Shown: positions 62,358 to 64,000 of the stretch, piece by piece
How the letters are laid out: each line of letters begins with the position of its first letter
Numbering within the stretch: the stretch's first letter is position 1
Source of the DNA: an uncultured Candidatus Saccharibacteria bacterium
Lineage (GTDB): Bacteria > Patescibacteriota > Minisyncoccia > Phycocordibacterales > UBA1006
Length of the DNA: 64,000 nt
Direction of reading: 5' to 3'
Assembly (NCBI GenBank): GCA_964415895.1
Contig: CAYQCC010000003.1
Location: 3,053-67,052, forward strand
The notes under the pieces: model-generated
Told to the model about the DNA's origin: nothing
The model's database searches: none
Seen by the model: only the letters and a program-made list of their open reading frames with translations
Program-made: the position numbers and the translations under genes

Positions 62358-63542
62358 CTATATATCCAACTGTCTGAACCCTTTATCTTTCGAAGAAGCG
62401 TCACATGACCATTGATTGTTCATAATATTTTGATATGAACGAATAACTTTTGGTCCATACGTTCGGTTTTCTGCATAGCCTTGACCACAAATCCATTTTG
62501 CCTTCCCGCAGGAACCGTTGGCATTTGCACCCTTTCCTCCATTATATGCGTGTGCAGCATATCTAACAATTCCTGAGCCAGCTGAGTTTCCAGGATTAGC
62601 AATGAAACCTTTAATAAGACCTGCTGCCATTGTTGCGTTTGTTTTAGGAACATCCAAATCAATACCGTTTCTTTTGAGCGATGCATGTACTTGCGCCTGC
62701 AGTGAAGCGTTCCATAGATAACTAATAGTTTGTCCTGGAAAATCTGCCTGAACCTTGGCTCTGATCGCTGCGGGTACAGTATCATAAGCAGTTGTTGGCA
62801 TGATTTGAATGATTCCACGCGCACCAACAGGACTTAAGGTGTTCTGGCCCGCAGTTGACTCAACATACATAAATGCTTTTAGAACACCACAATCAAGGCC
62901 TGCTGCTTGCGCTGCCTCTTTCAATACGGTGTCGTATGTCGTTACATTTCTATTAAGGATATTGGTTACGCTTAATGGAGTATTGCTTTTACCAGAACCA
63001 GAGGCTCCCTGCTCATCAGCAAGATTAGCAACGCTTAAGAGGCTGATACTTGTTAGGTCTGGCTCCACAATCAACAAATCTGGATTAATCGTTCTTAGAA
63101 TTATTGTAATACCAAGCAACAACATCAAACCAAGAATAACCTTTGTAATCTTGTCTTTTAACTGAGCAAACGTACCCACATTCTTGTCTTCTGCTGCGTA
63201 CTGAAATCCGTACACAACTAACATAACAACACCTAATACTCCTGCTATTCCAATACCTATCTCCATCGCAAAGTTAATGAAACCCCCAATTCCTCCTGTA
63301 CCTCCTGTTTTTCCAAGATCAATACTCTCTACAGGTACTCCATCACTTCCTGGTAATGCCTCAAGGAGTACATAACAGTCTCCCGCTTTAGCGGTACTGT
63401 CACATTTGGGGACGATGGAAGGAACAACTCCATTTTGGGGTGTCTGAGCAAGGGTCGTCGTCCCAAATAGAAATATGCCAACAATTATCGAAATCAAGAG
63501 AAAATAAGTCTTCATATAATAAACAGAGTATATCATGTCCAT
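62358..63542 (-). CDS. Membrane protein with C-terminal lytic transglycosylase (SLT) domain
   Basis: 'GARGIIQIMPTTAY' SLT catalytic-region motif; several TM helices. Confidence 0.55.
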   Translation of the reverse strand: MDMIYSVYYMKTYFLLISIIVGIFLFGTTTLAQTPQNGVVPSIVPKCDSTAKAGDCYVLLEALPGSDGVPVESIDLGKTGGTGGIGGFINFAMEIGIGIAGVLGVVMLVVYGFQYAAEDKNVGTFAQLKDKITKVILGLMLLLGITIILRTINPDLLIVEPDLTSISLLSVANLADEQGASGSGKSNTPLSVTNILNRNVTTYDTVLKEAAQAAGLDCGVLKAFMYVESTAGQNTLSPVGARGIIQIMPTTAYDTVPAAIRAKVQADFPGQTISYLWNASLQAQVHASLKRNGIDLDVPKTNATMAAGLIKGFIANPGNSAGSGIVRYAAHAYNGGKGANANGSCGKAKWICGQGYAENRTYGPKVIRSYQNIMNNQWSCDASSKDKGFRQLDI

Positions 63543-63571
63543 TCATAAGAAAAAACCACCCTGATTGGTGA

Positions 63572-64000
63572 TTAGTTTTCTGGCCCTTGGAAAAAGAGAG
63601 AAACAGAGCTTGTTAAAGATTGCAAGAATGTTTTTGGATTTTCTATAGCCACTTTAAATATTGCTTGTCCTGCTTGTCCAGGATTCTGTACCAACAGCTC
63701 TCTTTTAATGGATCCAGGCTCCAAATAAAGTGTGTCATTGTTTATTTTCCAAGCATAATTTAGATCTGCAGCATTAGCTATTGTTGAAAAGAAATAGGGT
63801 TCTGACACAAGGGTTACATTACCATTTGTAATGCGTAATCCTCTATCAATAGATGCTAGTTTCCTATAATTGTTTTCGTTTTTGTAATACCAGTGAATCT
63901 GAGGATTTCCAATAGGAACTACGACTGTTTTTTGGGCTCGTGTACTGTTGTTAACATCTGAAACATCTACGCTAATCTTTTCTGTTGCACGTAGTCTATT
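63572..64000 (-). CDS. Hypothetical protein, 5'-partial (reading frame continues beyond window end)
   Basis: Frame of listed 63572..63808 ORF stays open upstream to position 64000. Confidence 0.4.
   Translation of the reverse strand, partial: NRLRATEKISVDVSDVNNSTRAQKTVVVPIGNPQIHWYYKNENNYRKLASIDRGLRITNGNVTLVSEPYFFSTIANAADLNYAWKINNDTLYLEPGSIKRELLVQNPGQAGQAIFKVAIENPKTFLQSLTSSVSLFFQGPEN

Noticed and set aside
1-64000. Search for CRISPR arrays and rRNA genes
   Set aside because: No array of regularly spaced direct repeats and no rRNA-like conserved blocks were seen. The only tandem or inverted repeats are those listed as features.

Overview
This window reads as a low-GC (~35-38%) bacterial chromosome under the standard genetic code. 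It is probably a small-genome lineage; the short YidC, the many short hypotheticals and a minimal HolA are reminiscent of CPR/Patescibacteria, but that is inference only.

The right third carries the replication-origin neighbourhood. dnaA and dnaN sit on the minus strand, divergent from rpmH-rnpA-yidD-yidC, with DnaA-box clusters in both dnaA-flanking spacers. Nearby housekeeping genes include polA, ruvC, a class A PBP, tyrS, ruvA, rpsT, a SpoU methyltransferase and a holA-like gene.

The left ~14 kb looks like an integrated defence island. It begins at a tRNA-Ser(TGA) that abuts a large serine recombinase. A Type I restriction-modification operon, hsdM-X-hsdS-hsdR, follows. X is an uncharacterised 410-aa protein with a PD-(D/E)xK-like motif embedded in the operon. 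A divergent 425-aa protein with an Rx4H (HEPN-like) C-terminus lies upstream. The whole block is bracketed by related ~24-bp direct repeats built on 'GTCTAATCTTACG'. A 364-aa HNH-motif protein with a small acidic upstream ORF lies downstream, past a cluster of GATAG-N-CTATC palindromic boxes.

Other notable content is a triplicated gene family of ~280-aa wHTH-like proteins, each divergently paired with SAM-dependent methyltransferases. Two copies form tandem MTase plus LOG/SLOG-like cassettes next to dnaN. The third is paired with an AdoMetDC-like::SET-domain fusion. There is also a 'VIPAKAGI/DSRLRGND'-type palindromic repeat element upstream of ruvA. A tRNA-Lys(TTT) has a 36-bp direct duplication of its 3' end, which looks like an integration scar. 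A promoter/terminator-bounded ~100-nt candidate sRNA lies between rpmH and rnpA. A GC-rich ~400-bp non-coding block follows the recombinase. An ECF sigma/anti-sigma gene pair precedes a MacAB-like efflux system. Multiple VOC/PhnB-like and SRPBCC paralogs are present. No CRISPR array and no rRNA genes were seen.
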